Positions 24,191 to 32,769 of a stretch of 41,196 nt of DNA are shown in pieces. The translations under genes and the position numbers were made by a program. The notes below the pieces were generated by a model, which was given only the letters and a program-made list of their open reading frames with translations, was not told where the DNA came from and searched no databases. Location: NCBI GenBank assembly GCA_964441595.1, contig CAYTXM010000001.1:1-41196 (forward strand). Reading direction: 5' to 3'. Position 1 is the first letter of the stretch; each line of letters opens with the position of its first letter. Origin of the DNA: an uncultured Candidatus Saccharibacteria bacterium. Lineage in GTDB: Bacteria; Patescibacteriota; Minisyncoccia; UBA6257.

Positions 24191-25450
24191 ATGGATATTT
24201 TAGATGATTTAAAATTCAGAGGATTGATAAATCAGGCAAGTAATTTAGATGGATTGAGAAAGGAAATGAATAAAGGGATGATATCCCTTTATTGCGGTTT
24301 TGACCCCACTGCTGATAGTTTGCACATTGGGCATCTATTGCCCATACTGATCCTCAAGCGCTTTCAAGAGGCTGGACACCAACCTATTGCTTTAGTAGGA
24401 GGAGGAACAGGCCTTATTGGTGATCCTAGTGGCAAGAAAGAAGAAAGGATGCTTAATCCTCAAGAAACAGTAGAAAAATGGAGTCAGGAACTTAAAATCC
24501 AATTAGAGCAATTTTTAGATTTTAAAAGTAAAAATAACCCTGCTTTAATAGCAAATAATTATGATTGGCTTGGTAAAATTAAAGCAATAGATTTTCTCAG
24601 GGATATTGGTAAATATTTTACCGTCTCCTATATGCTTGCTAAAGAATCAGTAAAAGCGAGATTGGAAAGTGGTATTTCTTTTACTGAATTTAATTATATG
24701 GTGCTGCAAGCATATGATTTTTTAAATTTGTTTGAAAAATATAATTGCAAGCTCCAAATCGGCGGAAGCGACCAATGGGGAAATATTACGGCGGGGATAG
24801 ATTTAATAAAGAAGAAAACAGAGAAAGAAGCATATGGCTTAACCGTTCCTTTAGCAGCAAAGGCAGATGGAGCGAAATTTGGTAAAACAGAAACTGGAAC
24901 AATCTGGCTTGACGCCAAAAAGACTACTCCGTATCAGTTTTATCAATTTTGGATAAATACTGATGACAGAGATGTGATTCAGTATTTAAAATTCTTTACT
25001 TTTTTATCTAAGCAAGAAATTGAAGATTTAGAAAAGAAAGTTCAAAAAAATCCAGAAAAGAGAGAAGCTCAAAAAACTTTGGCTAATAATATTACTTCTT
25101 TGATTCATGGTGAAGAGGCAATAGTGACAGCGGAGAAAATATCGCAAAAATTATTTTACGACGATATAAAAGATTTTTCTGAAAAAGAATTACAAATGAT
25201 TTTTGAAAGTTCTTCTCCAATTACTTTGCAAAACATAAATGAGATTGGCTTGATAGATTTATTAGTTGAAGCAAAAGTTTGTTTATCTAAAAGGCAGGCA
25301 AGAGAGGATATTCAAAACAAGATTATATTTATTAATGGCAGTATTTATAATAACGCTCAACAGACAATAAAAAAATCTAATTCTTTTTTTGATAAATATT
25401 TAGTTGTAAAAAAAGGAAAGAAGAGCTATTATTTTGTCTTGTGGAAATAG
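24191..25450 (+). CDS. tyrS: Tyrosine--tRNA ligase
   Basis: Start trimmed to MDILDDLKFRGLI. HIGH motif (SLHIGHLLP), KMSKS-like KFGKT, C-terminal S4-like domain. Confidence 0.95.
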   Translation: MDILDDLKFRGLINQASNLDGLRKEMNKGMISLYCGFDPTADSLHIGHLLPILILKRFQEAGHQPIALVGGGTGLIGDPSGKKEERMLNPQETVEKWSQELKIQLEQFLDFKSKNNPALIANNYDWLGKIKAIDFLRDIGKYFTVSYMLAKESVKARLESGISFTEFNYMVLQAYDFLNLFEKYNCKLQIGGSDQWGNITAGIDLIKKKTEKEAYGLTVPLAAKADGAKFGKTETGTIWLDAKKTTPYQFYQFWINTDDRDVIQYLKFFTFLSKQEIEDLEKKVQKNPEKREAQKTLANNITSLIHGEEAIVTAEKISQKLFYDDIKDFSEKELQMIFESSSPITLQNINEIGLIDLLVEAKVCLSKRQAREDIQNKIIFINGSIYNNAQQTIKKSNSFFDKYLVVKKGKKSYYFVLWK

Positions 25451-25535
25451 AAAAAATTTGTTAGAATTTTAAAACCTATATTTATGCCAATTTAAAGTCG
25501 AAAATAATAAATAAAAAATAAAAATTAAATTTAAT

Positions 25536-26516
25536 ATGAACAAAATAAATTTATCCTGGATTCTAATTACTTTAATGCTTGCCGTCTTTTTAATTGGGTA
25601 TGGCAAAATGAATAGCGATGGTACGTCATTTTTAAGTTTTGGCAGTAAGAATGCCGAAGAAACGGTTCAAGAAGCAATTGATTTTGTTAGCGAGAATATG
25701 TTAGATGACGCTGAGGCTGTTTTGGTTTCTGTGTCTGAGGAAAGTGGAGTTTATAAATTTAAAATGAAAGTTGACACAGATGAGTTTGATTCGTATTTGA
25801 CTAAAGATGGAAAGATTCTTTTTCCTAGTGGGATTACTTTAGTAGAGCCAGAAGAAAATAATACGGCTGCAGCAAGCGAGAAAATAACTTGTGATGATAT
25901 TAACAAAACGAAAGAACCAATTTTAGAAGCGTTTGTTGTTAGTCAATGTCCATTTGGAGTGCAAATGCAGAGAGTTTTAAATGAAATTGTTAAAAATATA
26001 CCTCAAGCAGCTTCTTATATTAAAATTGAATATATGGGTGCAATTGAAGGAGGTAAAATTACATCAATGCATGACGATGAAGAAGCGCAAGAAAATTTAC
26101 GTCAGATTTGTTTGCGGGAAGAGCAGCCAAATAATTTTTGGGAATATATTAATTGTCATATTAAAGAAGGAAATATTGATTCTTGTTTACAAACAGCGCA
26201 GGTTGATGTTAGTAAGTTAACAGGCTGTTTAACAGATGGAAGCCGCGGGCTAGCTTATGCAGAAAAAGATTTTGTTAATCAGGACAAATATAAAATAACA
26301 GGTTCCCCAACTTTAATTTTGGATGGAACTAAAGTCAGTGAATTTGATTTTGGAGGAAGAACAGCAGAAGCAGTAAAAACTGTGGTTTGTTGTGCATTTC
26401 AAGAAAAACCAGAATTTTGTGACACAATATTAAGTACAGAATCGGCAAATTCAAGTTTTTCCCCTACCTATAGTTCTACAGAAAGTAATGCCGGAGGTGA
26501 CGCAATCTGCAATTAA
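25536..26516 (+). CDS. Membrane-anchored, Cys-rich thioredoxin-fold (DsbA-like) protein
   Basis: N-terminal signal anchor. FVVSQCPFGVQMQ sits where a CxxC would be (CPFG). C-terminal GSPTLILDG (cis-Pro loop-like). Many additional cysteines. Confidence 0.4.
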   Translation: MNKINLSWILITLMLAVFLIGYGKMNSDGTSFLSFGSKNAEETVQEAIDFVSENMLDDAEAVLVSVSEESGVYKFKMKVDTDEFDSYLTKDGKILFPSGITLVEPEENNTAAASEKITCDDINKTKEPILEAFVVSQCPFGVQMQRVLNEIVKNIPQAASYIKIEYMGAIEGGKITSMHDDEEAQENLRQICLREEQPNNFWEYINCHIKEGNIDSCLQTAQVDVSKLTGCLTDGSRGLAYAEKDFVNQDKYKITGSPTLILDGTKVSEFDFGGRTAEAVKTVVCCAFQEKPEFCDTILSTESANSSFSPTYSSTESNAGGDAICN

Positions 26517-26531
26517 TTTCAGTAGATATTT

Positions 26532-26798
26532 ATGAATATAAAAGTTTATTCCACACCTGGATGCCCATGGTGTAATGTTGCTAAAAATTTTTTAAAATCG
26601 CATAATTTGGGTTTTGAAGATATTGATGTAAGTATTGATGAAAAATCTGCTCAAGAAATGATAAAAAAGAGCGGGCAAATGGGAGTACCAGTGATAGAAA
26701 TTGATGATAAAATAGTTATTGGTTTTAATAAGCCTGTTTTAGAGGAAATTTTAGGCATTAGTAAAACCATTAATGAAGAAAAGAAAGACAGCGCCTAA
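26532..26798 (+). CDS. Glutaredoxin/NrdH-like redoxin with intact CPWC site
   Basis: KVYSTPGCPWCNVAKNFL...GVPVIEIDDKIVIGF. Confidence 0.85.
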   Translation: MNIKVYSTPGCPWCNVAKNFLKSHNLGFEDIDVSIDEKSAQEMIKKSGQMGVPVIEIDDKIVIGFNKPVLEEILGISKTINEEKKDSA

Positions 26799-26817
26799 TA
26801 CAAGCGCTGTTTTTTTT
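26788..26817 (+). terminator. Rho-independent terminator overlapping the glutaredoxin stop codon
   Basis: ACAGCGC-loop-GCGCTGT followed by T8. Confidence 0.7.
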
Positions 26818-26923
26818 GAATGATTAATATTAATTATGGTATAATTAAAATATACTTATTTTAATTTCAACGTTCTTGAGCGAAGCGAAAGGTCGTTATG
26901 TTATAATGAAGTAGTTAAGAAAC

Positions 26924-27607
26924 ATGAAAAAGAGATTTATTTATTCGGCAGTTTTGATTATAGTTGGCCTTGGGTTAGTTCTTTGGGGCGTGCCTTTAAC
27001 ACTTTTTGCTCCTCAGAAAGCTCCATCTACACCTCCAACAACTCAGCATATTGTTAATGATAATTTAACTAATATTACTATGGAAAAAAAGATTTTAATG
27101 GTGGTAGCTTTTAAAGATTTTCAAGATGAGGAATATTTTATTTCCAAGGAAGTTTTAGAAAAAGCCGGTTTTTTTATTGATACAACTAGTACTGAAAAAG
27201 GAATAGCTGTGGGGACTCAAGGAGGTGAAGCAGTGATTCATATTGGAATGGATGAAATTAATTTGGAGAATTATGAAGCAATTGTTTTTTGTGGTGGATC
27301 TGGTATGGCTAATGAATTAGAAAATCAAGATTTTCATAAATTAATTAATGACTTTTATAAAAATAACAAAGTAGTAGCCGCAATTTGTATTTCCCCTGCT
27401 CTTTTAGCTAAAGCTGGAATTCTGGAGGATAAAAAAGCGACTGTTTGGTCGTCCGCATTAGATAAAAGTTTTATAAAAGTTTTAGAAGAAAATGGGGCAA
27501 TATATCAAGATAATTCAGTTGTAATTGATAATAAAATTATTACTGCGAATGGTCCGGACGCAGCCGAGGAATTTGGAAAAGCAATTAAAGAATTATTAAG
27601 TAATTAA
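26924..27607 (+). CDS. DJ-1/PfpI-family protein with N-terminal transmembrane anchor
   Basis: TM helix (IYSAVLIIVGLGLVLWGVPL). DJ-1 nucleophile elbow VAAICISPALLAKAG. ITANGPDAAEEFG. Confidence 0.75.
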   Translation: MKKRFIYSAVLIIVGLGLVLWGVPLTLFAPQKAPSTPPTTQHIVNDNLTNITMEKKILMVVAFKDFQDEEYFISKEVLEKAGFFIDTTSTEKGIAVGTQGGEAVIHIGMDEINLENYEAIVFCGGSGMANELENQDFHKLINDFYKNNKVVAAICISPALLAKAGILEDKKATVWSSALDKSFIKVLEENGAIYQDNSVVIDNKIITANGPDAAEEFGKAIKELLSN

Positions 27608-27629
27608 AATTTAAAATTGTTTAAATAAT

Positions 27630-28637
27630 ATGCGTATTAGTATAAATGGTTTTGGAAGGATAGGGAGAGCATTTTTTCGATTGGCCCTTGAAGAATCTGA
27701 TATCCAAATTGTCGCGATTAATGATTTAGCTGATTTAGAGAATTTAGCTTATCTTTTGAAAAATGATACTGTTTACGGAAAATTTGATAAAAAAATTGAA
27801 ACACGAGGAAATTTGCTTGTTATTAATGGTAAGGAAATCCCATTTTATCAGGAAAAAGACCCAAAAAATCTTCCATGGAAAGATTTAAAAATTAATATAG
27901 TTGTGGAAGCTACGGGAGTATTTAGCGACTACATTAAAGCCAGAGCGCATATAGAAGCCGGCGCAAAAAAGGTTATTATTACTGCTCCTGCAAAAGGAGA
28001 AGAAGATAAACAGGGAAAGACTGTTTTATTAGGGATAAACGATGAAGACTTGGCAAAATTTGATGTTATTTCTAATGGTTCTTGCACAACTAATGCTGTA
28101 GCGCCAGTTATGAAAATTTTGCAAGGAAAAATTGGAATTCAAAAAGCGGTTCTTAATACAATTCACGCTTATACCTCTACTCAACGATTAGTGGACGGCC
28201 CTAATTCAAAAGACTGGAGAAGAGGAAGATCAGCTAGTCAGAATATTGTTCCTTCTAGTACTGGGGCGGCTAAATGTGTTGGTAAGGTTATGAAAGATTT
28301 AGATGGAAAATTTGATGGTATAGCTTTGAGGGTGCCAGTTGTCTGTGGTTCTATTGCTGATATTACTTTTGTTTCTGAGAAAGATACTTCTGTGGAAGAA
28401 ATTAATAAAATTTTTAAAGAAGCGTCAGAGACGAAAAGTTGGGAAGGTATTATGGAGGCAACAAATGAGCAATTAGTTTCCTCTGATATTATTAAAACTA
28501 TTGCTCCCGCAATAGTTGATTTAAGTTTTACTAAAGTGATAGATAAAAATTTAGTAAAAATTTTAATTTGGTATGATAATGAATGGGCTTACTCATGGAC
28601 ACTGCTTCAACAGATCAAAAAATTATCATTAACTTAA
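27630..28637 (+). CDS. gap: Glyceraldehyde-3-phosphate dehydrogenase
   Basis: INGFGRIGR, SNGSCTTNAVAP, WYDNEWAYS. Confidence 0.96.
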   Translation: MRISINGFGRIGRAFFRLALEESDIQIVAINDLADLENLAYLLKNDTVYGKFDKKIETRGNLLVINGKEIPFYQEKDPKNLPWKDLKINIVVEATGVFSDYIKARAHIEAGAKKVIITAPAKGEEDKQGKTVLLGINDEDLAKFDVISNGSCTTNAVAPVMKILQGKIGIQKAVLNTIHAYTSTQRLVDGPNSKDWRRGRSASQNIVPSSTGAAKCVGKVMKDLDGKFDGIALRVPVVCGSIADITFVSEKDTSVEEINKIFKEASETKSWEGIMEATNEQLVSSDIIKTIAPAIVDLSFTKVIDKNLVKILIWYDNEWAYSWTLLQQIKKLSLT

Positions 28638-28640
28638 ACA

Positions 28641-29075
28641 ATGATTTATTTAGGAACTGATCATCGCGGATATAATTTAAAAGAAGGTCTTAAAAAATTT
28701 TTAGAACAGGAAAAAATTAAATTTCAGGATTTGGGTAATTTAAAATATAATGAAGAAGATGATTATCCTGATTTTGCGAAGAAAGTTGCAGAGAAAATAT
28801 CTTCTAATCCAAAAGAAGATAAAGGTGTTCTTATTTGCGGAACAGGCATTGGGATGAGTATTGTAGCTAATAAATTTAAAGAAGTAAGAGCAGGTCTTTG
28901 CCTTTCTGGCTATATGGCAAAAAGGGCTGTAGAGGAAGATGATATTAATATTTTATGTTTAGCAGCTGATATCACTGATGCTGGAACAAGTGAAAAGATT
29001 ATTAAAGAATGGCTAAAAGCAAAATTTAAAAATGAAGAACGTTACAAAAGAAGAATAAAAAAAATTTATGTCTAA
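28641..29075 (+). CDS. rpiB: Ribose-5-phosphate isomerase B
   Basis: GTDHRGYNLKE and LICGTGIGMSIVANK. Confidence 0.92.
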   Translation: MIYLGTDHRGYNLKEGLKKFLEQEKIKFQDLGNLKYNEEDDYPDFAKKVAEKISSNPKEDKGVLICGTGIGMSIVANKFKEVRAGLCLSGYMAKRAVEEDDINILCLAADITDAGTSEKIIKEWLKAKFKNEERYKRRIKKIYV

Positions 29076-29709
29076 ACTCATTCCAGTCATTAATACCAAG
29101 ACAACACAAAAACTTAAAGAAAGAATCAAGTTATTAAAAGATTTTGATGGGATTTTTCAGATTGATATAGCTGATGGTAAATTTACTTCTTGGAAAACAT
29201 GGAATAGTCCCGAGGTTTTAAAAAAAATCAAAAAAATAAAAGGAAAATTTGAGCTACACTTAATGGTTTTTAATCCTGAACAGGTTTTACCTTCTTGGCT
29301 GGAAACTTCTCCCAAGAGAGTTATTATTCATTATGAAGCAATAAAAGATTTTGCTTATATTTACGAGCTTTGCCACAAAAATGGAGTAGAGCTAGGCATA
29401 GCTATTAATCCGGAAACTCCATTTACTGTTCTTGATGAATATTTAAAGAAAATAGATATTATTATCGCGTTAGGAGTAACTCCAGGCCCTTCTGGTCAGA
29501 AATTTGAATGGTTTGTATTAGATAGAATTAAGGAATTTAAAACAAAATACCCTAAAATTTTATGCGAGATAGATGGCGGGGTAAATGAAGAAAATTTAGC
29601 AGAGATTAAAAAGTCAGGCGTGGATTTTATAGCAGTTGGTTCAGCTATTTTTGATGAGAAAAATCCATTAATGAAAATTGAATGTTTTAAAAAGATGTTA
29701 GGTGAGTAA
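29068..29709 (+). CDS. rpe: Ribulose-phosphate 3-epimerase
   Basis: IDIADGKF, HLMVFNPE, EIDGGVN, AVGSAIF. 8-nt overlap with rpiB. Confidence 0.88.
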   Translation: MSKLIPVINTKTTQKLKERIKLLKDFDGIFQIDIADGKFTSWKTWNSPEVLKKIKKIKGKFELHLMVFNPEQVLPSWLETSPKRVIIHYEAIKDFAYIYELCHKNGVELGIAINPETPFTVLDEYLKKIDIIIALGVTPGPSGQKFEWFVLDRIKEFKTKYPKILCEIDGGVNEENLAEIKKSGVDFIAVGSAIFDEKNPLMKIECFKKMLGE

Positions 29710-29761
29710 ATCGCTATAACCTTGCTTTTTTAGGGATTTTTCGTTAGAATAAATAAACAAT

Positions 29762-30496
29762 ATGACAAATTTAACCTTAAAAGTGAAAAAAAGGATTGTT
29801 TTTGGTAAGCAGAATAAGCTCCTTCGAGAGCAGGGTTTTATTCCAGCTGTTCTTTATGGGAAGAAAACTCCAGCTTGTTCCTTGCAAGTAAATACTCAAG
29901 ATTTTAAGGATGCTTATAAAGCAGCCGGGGATACAGATATTATTAATTTAATAATTGTTGATGAGAAAGAGAAACAAACAAAAAGTGTTTTGATTCAGAA
30001 TGTCAGCAATCATTTTTTAGATGGTTCGTTTCTTCATGTAGATTTTTTTGAAGTAGAAATGGATAAATCAATAACAGCTCGTATTCCTGTTAACTTTACT
30101 GGTGAATCACCAGCTGTAAAACTTGGTGGAGTTTTGGTTAAACCAACGAGCGAAATAGAGATTGAGGCATTGCCAATGGATATTCCTCATGAAATTATTG
30201 TTGATATTTCTTCACTCACGGATTTTGACCAGACAATTTATATTAAAGATATTAATTTTTCTGCGAAAGTGAAAGTTTTGATTAATGAAAATACACCAGT
30301 TGTAACAGTAAACGCTCCAATTACAGAAGAAGAGCTTGAAAAAGAACTTGGAGGAGATCAAACTGTGGAAGAAGTAGAGGTAGAAGGCGAGAAAAAAGAA
30401 GAAGAAGAGGGAGAAGGTGGAGAAGTTGAAAAAGAAAAAAAGGAAGAGGAAGATTCTGAAAGTGACGATTCTAAAAAAGGTAGCGATAAAAAGTAG
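29762..30496 (+). CDS. rplY: 50S ribosomal protein L25 (Ctc form) with acidic C-terminal tail
   Basis: RxxxGKxxxxxLRxxGxIPAVLYG N-terminus plus a Ctc C-domain. The last ~50 aa are E/K/D-rich. Confidence 0.9.
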   Translation: MTNLTLKVKKRIVFGKQNKLLREQGFIPAVLYGKKTPACSLQVNTQDFKDAYKAAGDTDIINLIIVDEKEKQTKSVLIQNVSNHFLDGSFLHVDFFEVEMDKSITARIPVNFTGESPAVKLGGVLVKPTSEIEIEALPMDIPHEIIVDISSLTDFDQTIYIKDINFSAKVKVLINENTPVVTVNAPITEEELEKELGGDQTVEEVEVEGEKKEEEEGEGGEVEKEKKEEEDSESDDSKKGSDKK

Positions 30497-30512
30497 TAGC
30501 AAAATCTTTAAA

Positions 30513-32018
30513 ATGATTATTAAGTCCATTTATAGAAAGAAGGTTAAAGATATTTTCTTTTCTTCAAAGAAAGAGATTATAAAGAAAAAACGCAAAACAA
30601 GAATCTGCGCACTCTTTTCGCAGAACCTTGTTTTCTCACTTCGTTCTAAAATAACAAGGCAAAGATTTGTTTCATTGCTAATTTTTTCTTTTTTTCTTTT
30701 TTCTATTATTCAATCCAGTGTAACAGCGCCAATCTTTTTTCAATCAAAAGAAGCAGAAGCTTTATATGATGAAGAACGAACTAAACTACAGAACGAATTA
30801 GAATCAGTTGAAAAAGAAATAGCCGAATATGAAAAATTAATAGCTACGACAAAACAAGATAAGCAAACTCTTCAAAATAAAATTGATGAATTAAGAAGTA
30901 AAGCGTCAAAATTAAGCCTCCAAATTAAATCTACTAATCTTAATTTACAATATCTTGATGTAAGGATTGATGAAACAACAACTTCTATTATTAAAACTAG
31001 CGATAAAGTAAGCGCAACTAAAGAAAATTTAGCAAATTCCCTACAATCTTTTTATCAATTAAAGCAGGTATCGCTTTTAGAAATATTGTTAGGGTCAGGA
31101 ACAATAAGCGAGTTTTTTGATTATTCCAATGCCCTTAATAATATTCAGGAAAAAATCCAAGAAAGTATTGAAGAGCTTGAAGCTTTAAAATCGACCTTAA
31201 ATCAACAAGGTCAAAAATTAAGCAGTGACAAAGATGAAACTCAAAAATTATTAGCAATGCAATTACTCCAGAAGAATGATTTAAAGGCAACAGAGAGTGA
31301 AAAAGTTAATCTTTGGCATATTACTGATGGGAATGAAGATAAGTATCAGACAATGTTGTCTGAATCAAGGCAAAGAGCAAATGAAATAAGGGCGCGTATT
31401 TATCAATTAATTGGAGTAAAAACTCAAGTTAATTTTGGCGAAGCATTGGAAATAGCTAATTGGGTAAGTAGTCGTACAGGAGTAAGGCCAGCTCTTCTTT
31501 TAGCTGTTTTAACCCAAGAATCTAATTTAGGACAAAATGTAGGAACTTGTAATCGTCCTGGAGATCCTCCAAGTAAAAGTTGGAGAGAAATAATGAAACC
31601 AACCAGAGATCAACAGCCGTTTTTACAAGTTTGCAAGGAATTAGGATTAGATCCTAATACAACTCCTGTTTCCTGCCCAATGTTCAGCAGCGGAAAACAA
31701 GTTGGTTGGGGAGGGGCAATGGGACCAGCTCAGTTTATCCCTTCAACATGGATGGCTTACAAGGATCAAGTATCTAAAATTACAGGCAATAATCCTGCTA
31801 ATCCTTGGGATATTAGAGATGCTTTCGTTGCCGCTGCCTTATATTTAGCCAAATGGGGGGCAACTAAACAAACAAGAGACGCAGAATGGCGCGCGGCAAT
31901 GATATATTTTTCCGGATCTACTAATACGCGTTATCGTTTTTACGGAGATAGTGTATTAGCGATAGCTGATAGGTACGAGAAAGATATTGCTTATCTTAAA
32001 GAATTAGCCAGTCGTTAA
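30513..32018 (+). CDS. Membrane-anchored coiled-coil protein with C-terminal lytic transglycosylase (SLT_2/MltB-like) domain
   Basis: Start trimmed to MIIKSIYRKK. TM (FVSLLIFSFFLFSIIQS). About 250 aa of heptad-rich coiled coil. LLLAVLTQESNLG and GAMGPAQFIPSTW motifs. Confidence 0.75.
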   Translation: MIIKSIYRKKVKDIFFSSKKEIIKKKRKTRICALFSQNLVFSLRSKITRQRFVSLLIFSFFLFSIIQSSVTAPIFFQSKEAEALYDEERTKLQNELESVEKEIAEYEKLIATTKQDKQTLQNKIDELRSKASKLSLQIKSTNLNLQYLDVRIDETTTSIIKTSDKVSATKENLANSLQSFYQLKQVSLLEILLGSGTISEFFDYSNALNNIQEKIQESIEELEALKSTLNQQGQKLSSDKDETQKLLAMQLLQKNDLKATESEKVNLWHITDGNEDKYQTMLSESRQRANEIRARIYQLIGVKTQVNFGEALEIANWVSSRTGVRPALLLAVLTQESNLGQNVGTCNRPGDPPSKSWREIMKPTRDQQPFLQVCKELGLDPNTTPVSCPMFSSGKQVGWGGAMGPAQFIPSTWMAYKDQVSKITGNNPANPWDIRDAFVAAALYLAKWGATKQTRDAEWRAAMIYFSGSTNTRYRFYGDSVLAIADRYEKDIAYLKELASR

Positions 32019-32054
32019 AAAACTTAAACTTTTAAACATTTAAACTTTTCTATT

Positions 32055-32255
32055 ATGCCTCAATGTTATTTTTGTCTTCAAAATAAAAAAGATATAGATT
32101 ATAAAGATGTGGAGACATTAAAACGTTTTATTTCCAGCCAGATGAAAATTTATCCTCAAAGAAAAACTAATCTATGCGCTAAGCATCAGCGTTTATTAAA
32201 AAAAGCTGTAAAAAGAGCCAGAGTAATGGGTCTTTTACCTTTCATTAACTATTAG
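32055..32255 (+). CDS. rpsR: 30S ribosomal protein S18
   Basis: [14 protein letters not shown]...[24 protein letters not shown]. Confidence 0.93.
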   Translation: MPQCYFCLQNKKDIDYKDVETLKRFISSQMKIYPQRKTNLCAKHQRLLKKAVKRARVMGLLPFINY

Positions 32256-32263
32256 ATTTTGTA

Positions 32264-32740
32264 ATGGATAAGAAGAAGTTTAATTCACCAAGTGGCAAGT
32301 TGTTTAGCTATGAGAAACTTGTGAAAGAGCTTCTTTTTTATATTAAGTCTGATTTTACAGAAAAATATAAAGTTGTGATTGGGACAGACTCTGCTAATCA
32401 CGGGACTACAGATTTTGTCAGCGCGGTAGTTGTTTATCGTGTTGGGCATGGAGGAAGATTTTTTTGGCGAAGAGTTAACCAAAAAAAGATTAATAGTTTA
32501 AGAGAAAGAATTTATCAAGAAGTAATGATCTCTTTGAAATTAGCCGAAGAAATTTTGTTTAATTTATCTCAAAATAAAGATATTGATTTTGATTTTGAAG
32601 TTCATGTAGATATTGGTTCTAAAGGGAAAACAAAGGAAATGCTTCAAGAAATAATTGGTATGGTTAGAGGCTCTGGATTCAATGTTAGAACCAAACCCGA
32701 ATCTTATGGAGCTTCTAAAGTGGCTGATAGGTATACCTAG
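32264..32740 (+). CDS. YkuK/DUF458-family RNase H-like protein
   Basis: VVIGTDSANHGTTDFVSAVVVYRVGHGGRFF...SLRERIYQEVMISL matches my recollection of the DUF458 pattern. Confidence 0.55.
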   Translation: MDKKKFNSPSGKLFSYEKLVKELLFYIKSDFTEKYKVVIGTDSANHGTTDFVSAVVVYRVGHGGRFFWRRVNQKKINSLRERIYQEVMISLKLAEEILFNLSQNKDIDFDFEVHVDIGSKGKTKEMLQEIIGMVRGSGFNVRTKPESYGASKVADRYT

Positions 32741-32769
32741 TCCCTTTCTTTTATGTTAAAATGTAAGCA

